Below, in pieces: positions 39,357 through 50,645 of a DNA stretch of 64,000 nt. The DNA lies in NCBI GenBank assembly GCA_964416425.1, contig CAYQEC010000002.1:102701-166700 (forward strand), read 5' to 3'. A model generated the notes under the pieces. It was given only the letters and a program-made list of their open reading frames with translations. It was not told the DNA's origin and ran no database searches. Origin of the DNA: an uncultured Acidimicrobiaceae bacterium (GTDB taxonomy: Bacteria > Actinomycetota > Acidimicrobiia > Spongiisociales > UBA5794). The first letter of the stretch is position 1, and every line of letters starts with the position of its first letter. The translations under genes and the position numbers were made by a program.

Positions 39357-40645
39357 CCGCCCCTCCCCTCATCCTCACCGAGCGCATGACGGCCCATCCC
39401 TCCGACAGCCACACCATCGAGCGCTACGAGGCGACCGGCGGCTACGCCGCCCTCCGTAAGGGGCTGGAGGACATGACCCCGGAGCAGGTCGCCGCCGAGG
39501 TGAAGGCCTCCAACATCCGGGGGCGGGGAGGCGCCAACTTCCCGGCCGGGGTCAAGTGGGGGTTCCTCCCGCCGACCAAGCCCCGCTACCTCGTCGTCAA
39601 CGGCGACGAGTCGGAGCCGGGCACCTTCAAGGACCGCCAGTTGATGGAGCGTGACCCGCATCAGCTCGTGGAGGGGGTGATCCTCGCCGCCTACGCCCTC
39701 GAGGTGAACCACGCCTTCATCTACATCCGGGGCGAGTACCCGAAGTCGGCCCGCCGGGTCCAGGCCGCGGTCGACGAGGCCTACCGCCGCGGCTACGTCG
39801 GCAAGGACATCCTGGGAACCGGCTTCGATCTGGAGATCACGGTGCACCTCGGGGCCGGCGCCTACATCTGCGGCGAGGAGACCGCCCTGCTCAACAGCCT
39901 GGAGGGGCGGCGCGGCGAACCCCGCATCAAGCCGCCGTTCCCGGCGGTGGAGGGCCTCTACGCCAAGCCGACGATCGTCAACAACGTCGAGACGTTGTCG
40001 AACCTGCCGTGGATCGTGCTCAACGGCGGGGTGGAATACGCCCGGATCGGTCCCGAGACCTCCGCCGGCACCCGGCTCTTCTCGCTGTCGGGCCACATCG
40101 AGCGGCCCGGCAACTACGAGATCGTGATGGGCATGTCGTGGCGGGAGTTGATCTACGACATCGGCGGCGGCATTCCCGCCGGCCGCGCCCTCAAGACCTG
40201 GATTCCCGGCGGGGCATCCGCCCCGTGGCTCGTCCCCGAGCACCTCGACACGCCCGTCACCATCGACGACGTCGCCCAGCAGGGAACGATGCTGGGGTCG
40301 GGGGCCGTCATCGTGATGGACGAGACCACCAACGTGCTGGCCGCCGCCCTCCGTATCGTCCGCTTCTTCGCTCACGAGTCCTGCGGGCAGTGCACCCCCT
40401 GTCGGGAGGGGACCACCTGGCTGGAGCGGGTCCTGGACCGGATCCTCGCCGGCGAGGGGAGGCCCTCTGACCTCGACCTGCTGCTCGACGTCAGCGACGG
40501 CATCAGCCCCGGCCTGCGCTGGCCGCCGGTGATGACCACCATCTGCCCGCTCGGCCCGTCGGCGGTGTCGCCGGTGGTGTCGATCATGCAACACTTCCGC
40601 GACGAGGTGGAGGCGATGATCACCAAGGGGGTGCCGGTTGCCTGA
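39353..40645 (+). CDS. nuoF: NADH-quinone oxidoreductase subunit F (FMN, NADH-binding, 4Fe-4S)
   Basis: ...GRGGANFPAGVKWGF... (FMN site), ...ESCGQCTPCREGTTW... (N3 cluster); GTGA overlap with nuoE. Confidence 0.9.
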   Translation: MTAPPLILTERMTAHPSDSHTIERYEATGGYAALRKGLEDMTPEQVAAEVKASNIRGRGGANFPAGVKWGFLPPTKPRYLVVNGDESEPGTFKDRQLMERDPHQLVEGVILAAYALEVNHAFIYIRGEYPKSARRVQAAVDEAYRRGYVGKDILGTGFDLEITVHLGAGAYICGEETALLNSLEGRRGEPRIKPPFPAVEGLYAKPTIVNNVETLSNLPWIVLNGGVEYARIGPETSAGTRLFSLSGHIERPGNYEIVMGMSWRELIYDIGGGIPAGRALKTWIPGGASAPWLVPEHLDTPVTIDDVAQQGTMLGSGAVIVMDETTNVLAAALRIVRFFAHESCGQCTPCREGTTWLERVLDRILAGEGRPSDLDLLLDVSDGISPGLRWPPVMTTICPLGPSAVSPVVSIMQHFRDEVEAMITKGVPVA

Positions 40646-40658
40646 CGAGGCCGGTGAC

Positions 40659-43085
40659 ATGGTCACGATCACCGTCGACGGCACCGAGATCCAGGTGCCG
40701 GCCGGGGAGCTGCTCATCAAGGCGGCCGAGGAGCACGGCATCTACATCCCGCGTTTCTGCTGGCACTCCCGCATGAAGCCGGTGGGCATGTGCCGGATGT
40801 GCCTCGTCGAAGTGCAGGGGCCGCGGGGCACGATGCTCACCACCTCGTGCACCACGCCCGTCACCGACGGCATGGTGGTGGACACCAAGTCCGCGGTGGT
40901 GGAGAAGGCCCAGGAGGGAGTGCTCGAGTACCTACTCATCAACCATCCCCTCGACTGCCCGGTGTGCGACAAGGGCGGCGAGTGCCCGCTGCAGGACCAG
41001 ACACTGGCGTACGGGCCGGGGGAGAGCCGGTTCGTCGAGGAGAAGCGGCATTTCGAGAAGCCGATCCCGATCTCGGATCTGGTGCTGCTCGACCGGGAGC
41101 GCTGCATCCTCTGCGCCCGCTGCACCCGTTTCAGCGAGGAGATCTCGGGCGATCCCCTCATCGAGTTCATGGATCGTGGCAACCACACCCAGGTGCTCAC
41201 CTTCCCCGGCGAGCCCTTCACCTCGTACTTCTCCGGCAACACCGTGCAGATCTGTCCGGTGGGCGCCCTCACCGCCATTCCCTATCGATTCAAGGCCCGT
41301 CCCTGGGACCTCGAGGCGGTGGAGAGCGTCTCGCTGGTCGACTCGGTCGGCTCCAAGGTGTCGGTCCAGGCGAGCCAGAACGCGGTGGTGCGGATCGACG
41401 GCGTCGACAACGAGCCCACCAACCAGGGCTGGCTGTCGGACAAGGACCGCTTCTGCTTCGAGTACATCAACTCCCCGCAGCGCCTCACCGTGCCGCTGGT
41501 CCGCCAGGACGGCGAGCTGCGAGAGGGGACCTGGGGTGAGGCGCTGCAGGTCGTCGCCGACCGCCTCGGGGCCATCCCCGGCGCCGCGGTGGCGGGTCTG
41601 GGCGGCGCCCGCAACACCAACGAGGAAGCCTTCGCCTTCGGCAAGTTCCTCCGCACCGTCGTCGTCACCCCCCACATCGACGCCCAGCTCGGCGACGGGC
41701 TCGACCCCCAGTTCCTCGCCGCCGTCACTCCCCGGGCCACCATCCCCGACCTGGAGCGGGCCAGGACGATCCTGCTGTGGGGCCCCGACCTCAAAGAGGA
41801 GTACCCGGTGCTCTACCTGCGGGTGCGCCGGGCCGCCACCGCACTCGGGGCGACCCTGATCGTGGTGCACCCCCGCCGCACCGGGCTCCACGACGTCGCC
41901 ACCCACACCCTCTCCTACCGGCCCGGGACCGGGCCCGAGGTGCTGGCCCGGCTGGCGAAGGGACGGGCCACCAAGGCGATCGCCCCGCTGCGCCGCGCCC
42001 TCAAGGAAGGATCGGTGGTGGCGATCGTGGGACGGACCGGGCTGGCGGAGGATCCTCGCCTCGCCGAGGCCGTCGCCGCCTTCGCCCGCGACCTGCCCGA
42101 AGCCACCATCATGCCGCTGGCCCGCCGCGGCAACGTCTTCGGCGCCCTCGACATGGGCCTGGCGCCCACCCTGCTCCCGGGCCGGGTCTCGGCGATCGGG
42201 GAGGAGGGGAGGCGACGCCTCGAGGAACACTGGGGACCCCTCCCCGAGGAGATGGGCCGCGACGCCACCGGGATCCTGCAGGGGCTGCGGGACGGTGAGC
42301 TGCGGGCCCTCGTCATGCTCGGGACCGACCCGGTCCGTGACCACCCCGACCCGCGCCTCGCCCGCGACGCCCTCGAGAACGCCGAGTTCGTGGTGGCCTT
42401 CGACCTATTCCTCAGCGATTCCGCCGCTCTTGCCGACGTCGTGCTGCCGGTCGAGGGATTCGGGGAGGTGGAGGGCACCGTCACCAACCTCGAAGGCCGG
42501 GTCCAGAAGGTAAACCGGCTCCTCCCGGGTCCGGGCCAGACCCGGGTCGTCTGGTCGGCCCTCGACGACCTCTCCGTCCGCATGGGCGGGGTGCTCGGCG
42601 CCACCTCCGCCACGGCGCTGCTGGAGGAGATCCGGGCGGTGGCTCCCGCCTACGGCGGCGTCAGCTGGGACCTGCTCGACTGGGGTGGCGGGCGGGAAGG
42701 GGTCGTGCTCCCCACCCCCGAGGGCCACCAGCCGCTCGAGTACATCCCGGTCGATCCCGGCCTCCCGCCCGGGCCCGACGGCTGGGGTCTCCATCTCGCC
42801 CGGGTGCTCTACGACGACGGGGTGCTCACCCGGATGAGCCCGTCGCTGGCGGCGCTGGCGCCGGAGGGTCGGGCCTACCTGCACCCGGCGGACGTCGCCG
42901 CGGCGTCACTCCACCCGGGATCCACGGTCACGGTGGCGGGGGAGGCGGGGAGCGTCGACCTGCCGCTCGGCATCGACGGTGGCCTCGTTCCGGGGACCGT
43001 CTACGTGCCCGCCAATCTGGCGGCGACCGCCGGGCTGGGCGCGACGCCGGTGGTGACCGTCACCGCGGCGGGAGGGGAGGCCTGA
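40659..43085 (+). CDS. nuoG: NADH-quinone oxidoreductase subunit G
   Basis: MVTITVDGTEIQVP...RFCWHSRMKPVGMCRMCLVEV...CPVCDKGGECPLQ... Fe-S motifs; about 808 aa. In-frame upstream TTG at 40638 is an alternative start. Confidence 0.9.
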   Translation: MVTITVDGTEIQVPAGELLIKAAEEHGIYIPRFCWHSRMKPVGMCRMCLVEVQGPRGTMLTTSCTTPVTDGMVVDTKSAVVEKAQEGVLEYLLINHPLDCPVCDKGGECPLQDQTLAYGPGESRFVEEKRHFEKPIPISDLVLLDRERCILCARCTRFSEEISGDPLIEFMDRGNHTQVLTFPGEPFTSYFSGNTVQICPVGALTAIPYRFKARPWDLEAVESVSLVDSVGSKVSVQASQNAVVRIDGVDNEPTNQGWLSDKDRFCFEYINSPQRLTVPLVRQDGELREGTWGEALQVVADRLGAIPGAAVAGLGGARNTNEEAFAFGKFLRTVVVTPHIDAQLGDGLDPQFLAAVTPRATIPDLERARTILLWGPDLKEEYPVLYLRVRRAATALGATLIVVHPRRTGLHDVATHTLSYRPGTGPEVLARLAKGRATKAIAPLRRALKEGSVVAIVGRTGLAEDPRLAEAVAAFARDLPEATIMPLARRGNVFGALDMGLAPTLLPGRVSAIGEEGRRRLEEHWGPLPEEMGRDATGILQGLRDGELRALVMLGTDPVRDHPDPRLARDALENAEFVVAFDLFLSDSAALADVVLPVEGFGEVEGTVTNLEGRVQKVNRLLPGPGQTRVVWSALDDLSVRMGGVLGATSATALLEEIRAVAPAYGGVSWDLLDWGGGREGVVLPTPEGHQPLEYIPVDPGLPPGPDGWGLHLARVLYDDGVLTRMSPSLAALAPEGRAYLHPADVAAASLHPGSTVTVAGEAGSVDLPLGIDGGLVPGTVYVPANLAATAGLGATPVVTVTAAGGEA

Positions 43086-44140
43086 TGCTCACCGGATGGG
43101 AGGTGTTCCTGGAGGCGGCGATCAAGGCGGTGGCGGTCTTCGCCATGCTGCTCACCGTCACCATCCTGCTGGTGTGGATGGAGCGCAAGATCGTCGCCGA
43201 CATGCAGAACCGGATCGGCCCCTACCGGGCCGGACCGTGGGGCATCCTCCAGACCGTCGCCGACGGGCTCAAGCTGCTCTTCAAGGAATCGGTCACCCCC
43301 CGCAAGGTCGACTACGCCATCTACATCGCCGCCCCGGTGGCCGCCCTCGTCCCGGCGCTGCTCATCTTCCTCGTGATCCCGATCGGGCAACCGTTCCACA
43401 TCGGGGACCGGCTCATCGAACTGTCCGGCACCGACCTCAACGTGGGTGTGCTCTACATCCTCTCCCTGTCGTCGATGGCGGTGTACGCGGTGGTGCTCGC
43501 CGGATGGTCTTCCGGCTCCAAATACCCGCTGCTGGGGGCGGTGCGGGCCAGCGCCCAGATGATCTCCTATGAGGCGGCGATGGGGCTGGCGCTGGTGCCG
43601 GTCATCCTCTTCACCCGTACCGCCTCCCTCACCGGGATCGTCGACGCCCAGGGCGGCGACACCCTCGGCTTCCTCGGGGTGTGGAACGTGGTGCTGGTGC
43701 CGTCGTTCGTGATCTTCTTCATCTCCGGGATCGCCGAGACCAACCGCGCCCCCTTCGACCTCGTCGAGGCCGAGAACGAGCTGGTCGGCGGCTACCACAC
43801 CGAGTACTCCGGCTTCCGCTTCGCCATGTTCTTCCTCGCCGAGTACATCAACATCTTCAACATCTCGGCGATCACGGTGACCCTCTTCCTCGGCGGCTGG
43901 TACGGCCCCGACTTCGGCACGCCCGCCGCGGTCGCCTGGGTGTTCCCGATCCTGTGGTTCTTCCTGAAGACGTTCCTGCTCGTGTTCGTCTTCATCTGGG
44001 TCCGGGCCACCCTGCCCCGGATGCGGTACGACCAGTTGATGAGCTTCGGCTGGAAGCGGCTGATCCCGGCCAGCCTGCTGTGGATCGCACTGTCGACCCT
44101 GGCCGTCGCCTACCGGCGGCTCGGCCTGCCATGGACGTGA
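43085..44140 (+). CDS. nuoH: NADH-quinone oxidoreductase subunit H
   Basis: ...WMERKIVADMQNRIGPYRAGPWGILQTVADGLKL... NuoH/ND1 signature. Confidence 0.9.
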   Translation: MLTGWEVFLEAAIKAVAVFAMLLTVTILLVWMERKIVADMQNRIGPYRAGPWGILQTVADGLKLLFKESVTPRKVDYAIYIAAPVAALVPALLIFLVIPIGQPFHIGDRLIELSGTDLNVGVLYILSLSSMAVYAVVLAGWSSGSKYPLLGAVRASAQMISYEAAMGLALVPVILFTRTASLTGIVDAQGGDTLGFLGVWNVVLVPSFVIFFISGIAETNRAPFDLVEAENELVGGYHTEYSGFRFAMFFLAEYINIFNISAITVTLFLGGWYGPDFGTPAAVAWVFPILWFFLKTFLLVFVFIWVRATLPRMRYDQLMSFGWKRLIPASLLWIALSTLAVAYRRLGLPWT

Positions 44141-44151
44141 GGTAAGCGCGG

Positions 44152-44841
44152 ATGGGTTGGTTCTCAGAGATGCTCGGTCCCTTCCAGGGATTCGCCACCA
44201 CCTTCCGGCAGATGTTCAAGCCGCGGGTCACCGTCTCCTACCCGCGGGAGAAGCGGGTGAAGCCGCAGCGCTTCCACGGCCGTCACATCCTCAACCGCTA
44301 CCCGGACGGCATGGAGAAGTGCATCGGATGCGAGCTGTGCGCCGGGGTGTGCCCGGCCCGCTGCATCTACGTCCGGGGTGCCGACAACCCTCCGGAACAG
44401 CCGGTCTCGCCGGGGGAGCGGTTCGGGTTCGTGTACGACATCAACATGCTGCGCTGCATCTTCTGCGGCCTCTGCGTCGAGGCCTGCCCCACCGAGGCGA
44501 TCACGATGACCCACCTCTTCGAGATGTCGGTCACCAATCGTGCCGATGCCATTTACACCAAGGCCGAGCTCCTGGTGGAGCCGGACGGGACCCCCAACCA
44601 TCCGCAACCCGCCAACCCGCTCATCGACCTCGACGAGCTGCGCCTCGGCTCGGGGTGGCTGCGGGCCACCTCCCCGTCGGGCCGCGCCGACTACGAGGGC
44701 GTCACCGCTTGGACCCCGTCGGCCACCGCCGGGGACCTTCCACCCGAGCAGGGCCAGCGCCGGCCGGGGCCGGCCGCCGGGGAGGCCGACGAGGTGGCGG
44801 CGGCCGGTGACGTCGACCGAGACGGGGAGGAAGCCCCGTGA
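44152..44841 (+). CDS. nuoI: NADH-quinone oxidoreductase subunit I (2x4Fe-4S) with about 50-aa C-terminal extension
   Basis: CIGCELCAGVCP and CIFCGLCVEACP motifs; 229 aa. Confidence 0.9.
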   Translation: MGWFSEMLGPFQGFATTFRQMFKPRVTVSYPREKRVKPQRFHGRHILNRYPDGMEKCIGCELCAGVCPARCIYVRGADNPPEQPVSPGERFGFVYDINMLRCIFCGLCVEACPTEAITMTHLFEMSVTNRADAIYTKAELLVEPDGTPNHPQPANPLIDLDELRLGSGWLRATSPSGRADYEGVTAWTPSATAGDLPPEQGQRRPGPAAGEADEVAAAGDVDRDGEEAP

Positions 44842-45392
44842 TTGAGGTCATCGTCTTCGCCATCTTCGCCGTGGCCGCCGTCGCCGGCGCCGTCACCCTG
44901 GTGGCGTCCCGCAACTCGGTGCACTCGGCGGTGGGGCTGCTGGTGACGATGTTCTCGATGGCGGTCTTCTACGTACTCAACGGCGCCCACTTCGTGGCGG
45001 TGGTGCAGGTCCTCATCTACGCCGGCGCGGTGATGACGCTGTTCCTGTTCGTGATCATGCTCATCGGGGTCGACAGGTCCGAGGAGCGGGAGGAGCGCAT
45101 CCCGTTCCAGCGGCCGCTGGTGATGGTGCTCGGCAGCGGCCTGCTGGTGCTGATCCTGCTGGCGGGACGCGCCGTCTGGGTGATCCGGGGCGGGCGCTCC
45201 GGCGTCGCGGTCGGCACTATCGAGGAGATCTCGGATCGCCTCTTCGGCACCTGGATGCTCCCGTTCGAGTCGACGGTGCTGCTGCTCACCATCGCCGCGG
45301 TGGGCACGGTGGCGCTGGCCCGCTACGGCGGCCGGTCCCGCCACGCCGAGTTCAGCGGCGGCGACGACGACGAACCGGAGGCGGGGGACTGA
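44838..45392 (+). CDS. nuoJ: NADH-quinone oxidoreductase subunit J
   Basis: 184 aa, 5 TM, ATGA overlap with nuoI. Confidence 0.85.
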   Translation: MIEVIVFAIFAVAAVAGAVTLVASRNSVHSAVGLLVTMFSMAVFYVLNGAHFVAVVQVLIYAGAVMTLFLFVIMLIGVDRSEEREERIPFQRPLVMVLGSGLLVLILLAGRAVWVIRGGRSGVAVGTIEEISDRLFGTWMLPFESTVLLLTIAAVGTVALARYGGRSRHAEFSGGDDDEPEAGD

Positions 45393-45697
45393 TGGAGGTC
45401 ACGGGCGGCTGGTACATGGCATTGGGGGCGGTGCTCTTCTCCATCGGCGCCGCCGGCCTCCTGCTGCGCCGCAACGCCTTGGTCATGTTCATGTCGATCG
45501 AGCTCATGCTCAACGCCGTCAACCTCAGCTTCGTCGCCGCCGGCAACGAGCTGGGGTCGCTCGACGGGCAGCTCGCCGTGCTGTTCGTGATGGTGGTGGC
45601 CGCCGCGGAGGTCACGGTCGGGCTGGCGATCATCGTCATGGTGTTCCGGCGGCGGGCGACCGCCAGTGTCGACGAGCTGTCGGGGATGGGGGGCTGA
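45392..45697 (+). CDS. nuoK: NADH-quinone oxidoreductase subunit K
   Basis: ...[27 protein letters not shown]... NuoK/ND4L signature. Confidence 0.9.
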   Translation: MEVTGGWYMALGAVLFSIGAAGLLLRRNALVMFMSIELMLNAVNLSFVAAGNELGSLDGQLAVLFVMVVAAAEVTVGLAIIVMVFRRRATASVDELSGMGG

Positions 45698-45701
45698 GGG
45701 C

Positions 45702-47588
45702 ATGACCGACCTGATCTGGCTGGTGATCGCCCTGCCGCTGCTCGGCGCCGTCGGGCTGCTCTTCCTCGGCCGCCGCCTCGGCGAGCCCGCGGCCGGCTGG
45801 GTGGCGTCGGCGACGGTGGTGGTGTCGTTCCTCATCGCCCTGGTGGCGGCGATCGACTTCTTCGGGGGCGGCGCCGGGGCCGAGCCGCAGCGGGTGATGC
45901 TCTTCGAGTGGATCCCCGGCCTTGGGATCGACTTCCAGCTCCTGTGGGACCCGCTCTCGGCGCTCATGACCCTCGTGGTCACCGGCGTCGGGGCCCTCAT
46001 CCACGTCTACTCGATCGGGTACATGCACGGCGACGCCCGCTTCGTGCGCTTCTTCAGCTACCTCAACCTGTTCATCATGTCGATGCTGACCCTGGTGCTG
46101 GGCGACAACTTCGCGGTGCTGTTCATCGGCTGGGAGCTGGTGGGGCTCAGCTCGTACCTGCTCATCTCGTTCTGGTTCGAGAAGCCGTCGGCGGCCGCCG
46201 CCGGCAAGAAGGCGTTCGTCGTCAACCGGATCGGCGACCTCGGCTTCCTCGTGGCCCTCATGCTGATCTTCGCCACCTTCGGCTCGCTCGCCTTCGGGGA
46301 CGTCTTCTCACGGGCGCCCGACCTGCTGAAGCACGGCGGCACCACGGCGACCGCCATCACCCTGCTGCTGCTGCTCGGAGCCGCCGGCAAGTCGGCCCAG
46401 CTCCCGCTCTACGTCTGGCTCCCCGACGCCATGGAGGGCCCCACCCCGGTCTCGGCCCTGATCCACGCCGCCACCATGGTCACCGCCGGTGTCTACATGG
46501 TGGCCCGCACCGGGGCGCTGTTCGAGCTGGCGCCCTTCTCGGCGGGCGTCGTCGCCACCGTCGGCACCGTCACCGCCCTCTACGCCGCGACGATCGCCAT
46601 CGGCCAGCGGGACATCAAGCGCATCCTCGCCTACTCGACGATCAGCCAGCTCGGCTACATGTTCCTCGGGGTCGGGGTCGCCGCCTACGTCGCCGGCACC
46701 TTCCACCTCATGACTCATTCCTTCTTCAAGGCCCTGCTGTTCCTCGGCGCCGGGTCGGTGATCCACGCCATGGCGGGAGAGCAGGGGGTGTGGAAGATGG
46801 GCGGCCTCCGCAAGGTGTTGCCGGTCACCTACGCCACCATGGCCGTCGCCTGGCTCGCCATCAGCGGCATCCCGCCCTTCTCCGGGTTCTGGTCGAAGGA
46901 CGAGATCCTCGCCGTGACCTTCGCCAAGGGCGGCTGGTACGTGGCGCTGTGGGCGGTCGGGGTCGTCACCGCCGGTCTCACCGCCTTCTACATGAGCAGG
47001 CTCATCTTCCTCACCTTCTGGGGTGCGCCCCGCTGGGACGAAGGGGTCGAACCGCACGAGTCGCCGTCGGTGATGACCCGGCCGCTGCTCGCCCTGGCGG
47101 CGCTGGCTGCCGTCGGTGGGCTGGTGAACATGCCGTGGACCCCCGCCCTCGAGCACTTCATGGAGCCCGCCTTCGCCGGGCTCCACCAGGGCCACCTGCC
47201 CTCCGGGGCGACGTCGTGGCTGCTGGGGGCGATCTCGGTCGGGGCGGCGGTCATCGGGATCCTCTACGGCTACCGCCGCTACGTCGCGGCCACCCTTCCC
47301 GACGAGACCGGGGCGGGATGGGACCTGTTGGAGCAGGGCTACCGGGTCGACGACCTCTACGGGGCCACGGTGGTGCTGCCCGGGAAGCGGGTGGCCGAGG
47401 CGATGGCGTTCCAGGCCGACGCCAAGGTCCTCGACGGCGCCGTCAACGGGGTCGGGGCCGCCGTCAAGGAGATCGCCGCCCGGCTCAAACCGATCCAGTC
47501 GGGCCTGGTCCGCAGCTACGGAGCGGCGATCCTGCTCGGCGCGGTCGGGGTGCTGCTTGTCATGCTGCTGCGGGGAGGCGGGCTGTGA
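45702..47588 (+). CDS. nuoL: NADH-quinone oxidoreductase subunit L
   Basis: MTDLIWLVIALPLLGAVG... about 628 aa antiporter-like subunit (...AMEGPTPVSALIHAATMVTAGVY...). Confidence 0.9.
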   Translation: MTDLIWLVIALPLLGAVGLLFLGRRLGEPAAGWVASATVVVSFLIALVAAIDFFGGGAGAEPQRVMLFEWIPGLGIDFQLLWDPLSALMTLVVTGVGALIHVYSIGYMHGDARFVRFFSYLNLFIMSMLTLVLGDNFAVLFIGWELVGLSSYLLISFWFEKPSAAAAGKKAFVVNRIGDLGFLVALMLIFATFGSLAFGDVFSRAPDLLKHGGTTATAITLLLLLGAAGKSAQLPLYVWLPDAMEGPTPVSALIHAATMVTAGVYMVARTGALFELAPFSAGVVATVGTVTALYAATIAIGQRDIKRILAYSTISQLGYMFLGVGVAAYVAGTFHLMTHSFFKALLFLGAGSVIHAMAGEQGVWKMGGLRKVLPVTYATMAVAWLAISGIPPFSGFWSKDEILAVTFAKGGWYVALWAVGVVTAGLTAFYMSRLIFLTFWGAPRWDEGVEPHESPSVMTRPLLALAALAAVGGLVNMPWTPALEHFMEPAFAGLHQGHLPSGATSWLLGAISVGAAVIGILYGYRRYVAATLPDETGAGWDLLEQGYRVDDLYGATVVLPGKRVAEAMAFQADAKVLDGAVNGVGAAVKEIAARLKPIQSGLVRSYGAAILLGAVGVLLVMLLRGGGL

Positions 47589-49129
47589 CCGGCTTCCCCA
47601 CCATCGCACTGCTCGTCGTGCTTCCCCTCGTCGGCGCCCTCGTGGTGGGGCTGGTCCCCAAGAGCCGCCGGGAGTTGCTGTTCCCGCTCGCGGTGGCGAT
47701 GAGCATGCTGCCGCTGGCCGTCGCCGGCTACATCCTGTGGGAGTTCCAGGTCGGCGACGCCGGCTACCAGTTCACCCAGCAGGTGTTGTGGTACCAGCCG
47801 TGGGGCATCTCCTGGAACGTCGGCATCGACGGGATCTCGTTGCTGTTGGTGGCGCTCACCGCCCTGCTGTTCCCGCTCTCGATCGCGGCCTCCCGGTCGG
47901 TCGAGAAGGACCTCAAAATGTACCTGGTCGTCATGCTGGTGCTGGAGACCGGGCTGCTCGGGGTGTTCGTCGCTCTCGATCTCATCCTCTTCTTCGTGTT
48001 CTTCGAGGTCACCCTGGTGCCGATGTACCTGCTGATCGGGATCTGGGGGAGCGGCCGCCGGGTCTATGCCGCCGTCAAGTTCGTGATCTACACCGCGCTC
48101 GGGTCCGCCCTGATGCTGACCGGGATCGTGTGGCTCGGGGTGGTGGGGGACACCTTCGACTTCCGCCAGCTTCTCGACGTCCCGCTCAGCTCGACCCAGC
48201 AGCTCTGGCTGTTCCTCGGCTTCGGGCTCGCCTTCGCCATCAAGGTGCCGCTGTTCCCGTTCCACACCTGGCTGCCCGACGCCCACACCGAGGCTCCCAC
48301 CGCCGGCTCGGTGCTGCTCGCCGGGGTGCTGCTCAAGCTCGGCGCCTATGGCTTCATCCGCTTCAACCTGACCCTGTTCCCCGACGCCGCGGTGCGGCTC
48401 GCCCCCTGGCTGGTGGCCCTGGCGGTGATCGGCATCGTCTACGGCGCCGCCGTCGCCATCGTGCAGCCCGACGTGAAACGGCTCGTCGCCTACTCCTCGG
48501 TGAGCCACCTCGGCTTCATCGTGCTCGGTATCTTCGCCATGACCAGCCAGGGCTTGCAGGGCGGGGTGATCCAGATGGTGAACCACGGCCTCACCACCGG
48601 GGCTCTCTTCCTGCTGGTGGGGATGATCTACGACCGGCGCCACACCCGGCAGATCGACGAGTACGGGGGGATCGCGGCGGTGATGCCGATCTTTGCCGGC
48701 GTCTTCCTGTTCACCGCCTTCGCCTCGATCGGGCTCCCCGGCCTCAACGGCTTCGTCGGCGAGTTCAACATCCTGCTCGGCAGCTACCTCCGCTTCCCGG
48801 CGGCGGCCGTTATCGCCGCCACCGGCGTGATCCTGGCGGCGGTCTACCTGCTGTGGGCCTACGAGCGCATCTTCACCGGCCCGATCGTCCGCCCGGCGAA
48901 CGAGAAGCTGCTCGACCTCGACTTCCGGGAGAAGGCGATCCTGCTGCCGCTGGTGGTGCTGATCGTGTTCCTCGGGGTGTACCCGAAGCCGGCGCTCGAC
49001 CGGATCGAGCCCTCGGTCGGGGCGGTGCTGGAGCGGATCGAGGCCACCACCGGCTTCGACGTGCCCGAGTTCGGCCTCCCGGCCGACCTGATCCGGCAGG
49101 CGCCCGAGTCGCCGGTGGGGGAGGAGTAG
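47585..49129 (+). CDS. nuoM: NADH-quinone oxidoreductase subunit M
   Basis: GTG start overlaps the nuoL stop (GTGA); ...FFVFFEVTLVPMYLLIGIWG... NuoM/ND4 signature. Confidence 0.9.
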   Translation: MTGFPTIALLVVLPLVGALVVGLVPKSRRELLFPLAVAMSMLPLAVAGYILWEFQVGDAGYQFTQQVLWYQPWGISWNVGIDGISLLLVALTALLFPLSIAASRSVEKDLKMYLVVMLVLETGLLGVFVALDLILFFVFFEVTLVPMYLLIGIWGSGRRVYAAVKFVIYTALGSALMLTGIVWLGVVGDTFDFRQLLDVPLSSTQQLWLFLGFGLAFAIKVPLFPFHTWLPDAHTEAPTAGSVLLAGVLLKLGAYGFIRFNLTLFPDAAVRLAPWLVALAVIGIVYGAAVAIVQPDVKRLVAYSSVSHLGFIVLGIFAMTSQGLQGGVIQMVNHGLTTGALFLLVGMIYDRRHTRQIDEYGGIAAVMPIFAGVFLFTAFASIGLPGLNGFVGEFNILLGSYLRFPAAAVIAATGVILAAVYLLWAYERIFTGPIVRPANEKLLDLDFREKAILLPLVVLIVFLGVYPKPALDRIEPSVGAVLERIEATTGFDVPEFGLPADLIRQAPESPVGEE

Positions 49130-49133
49130 CCGT

Positions 49134-50610
49134 GGAGAACATCGCCTTCCTCCCGATCGGCCCCGAAGTGGTGTTGCTGGCCGGCGCGGTGCTGGTGTTG
49201 ATGGCGGGGGTCGCCCTCAACCTCGGCTCCCGTGACTGGGCGATCCTGGCCGGGGTCTCCCTGGTGGCCTCCTTCCTCCTCTCCTGGGTGCAGTGGCTGC
49301 GGGTCGACGACCTGGGCCGCCAGCTGGCGTTCTCCGCCCGCGGGGTGGCGACGCCGAACACGCCGATGGTGGTGATGGACGCCTTCTCCGCCTTCGGGGG
49401 CATGGTGCTGTTCGTGGTGGCGATCCTGGCCGTGGCGGCGGCGTGGCGTCTCGTCGTCGAGCTGGGAGCCCGCGGGCCGGAGTTCGTGGCCCTGCTGCTG
49501 CTGGCCACCGCCGGGCTCCACATCATGATCATCTCGGCCAACCTCATCATGCTGTTCATCGGACTGGAGACCGCCTCCATCGCCCTCTACGTGGTGGCCG
49601 GGTTCACCCGCACCGAGCAGAACTCCGACGAGGCGGCGATGAAGTACTTCCTGCTCGGCTCGTTCGCGTCGGCGATCTTCCTCTACGGCATCGCCCTCGT
49701 CTTCGCCGCCACCGGCTCGCTCTCCATCTACGGTGGCGGCGGCATCCTCTCCTTCTTCCGTGACACCCCGGTGGCGCTGCTCGACGTCGGCATCCTGCTC
49801 GCCGGGATCGGTCTCATGATCGTCGGGCTCGGCTTCAAGATCTCGGCCGCCCCGTTCCACCAGTGGGCCCCTGACGTGTACCAGGGCGCCGCCTCCGGCG
49901 CCGTCCCGCTCATGACGGCCGGGGTGAAGGTGGCCGGGATCGCCACCATCACCCGGGTGCTGGTGGGGGCGTTCGGGTCCCGGATCGAAGACTGGGCCCC
50001 GGTGATCGCCGTGCTCGCCGCCCTCTCGGTGGTGGTGGGGACGTTGGGGGCGATCGCCCAGCGGGACGTGAAGCGCATGCTGGCCTACTCCGGGGTGGCC
50101 CACGCCGGGTTCATGCTGACCGGACTGGTGGCCGGCGGCGACGGCGTTCCCGCGGTGTGGTTCTACCTCGCCACCTACGCCGTGCAGCTCGTCGGCGCCT
50201 TCATCGTCGTGACCGTCGTCAGCGGCAGCCGGAGCGGGCGGTCCTCCTTCGACGACTACGAAGGATTGGCACGGCGGTCCCCGGTGCTGGCGGGGGCGAT
50301 GGCGACGTTCATGCTGGGGATGGGCGGCATCCCGGTCTTCACCGGCTTCGTGGGCAAGATCGGCGTCTTCGAGGCGGCGATCGGAGCCGGTTACCTGTGG
50401 CTCGTCATCGTCGGGCTGGTGGCGTCGGTCGCCGGCCTCTTCTTCTACCTGCGGATCATCGTCCTCATGTACTTCGAGGAGGCGGAGGCGCCGGCTCCCG
50501 TCACGACCCGAGGCGCCGGCACCGCCCTCGTGGTGGCGGCGGCCGTCACCCTGCTGGTCGGCGTCGTCCCGTGGCCGTTGCTCAACCTCGTCCAGCACGC
50601 CCTGCTCTGA
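49134..50610 (+). CDS. nuoN: NADH-quinone oxidoreductase subunit N
   Basis: GTG start; ...MLFIGLETASIALYVVAGF... NuoN/ND2 signature. Confidence 0.9.
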
Positions 50611-50645
50611 CCGCCCCGCAAGCGGCAAGGCGCTCCTAGGGTGAG

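Noticed and set aside
44152-44841. NuoI C-terminal extension of about 50 aa
   Set aside because: Extensions of NuoI and NuoD termini are common in high-GC Gram-positives; not treated as unusual without comparison.
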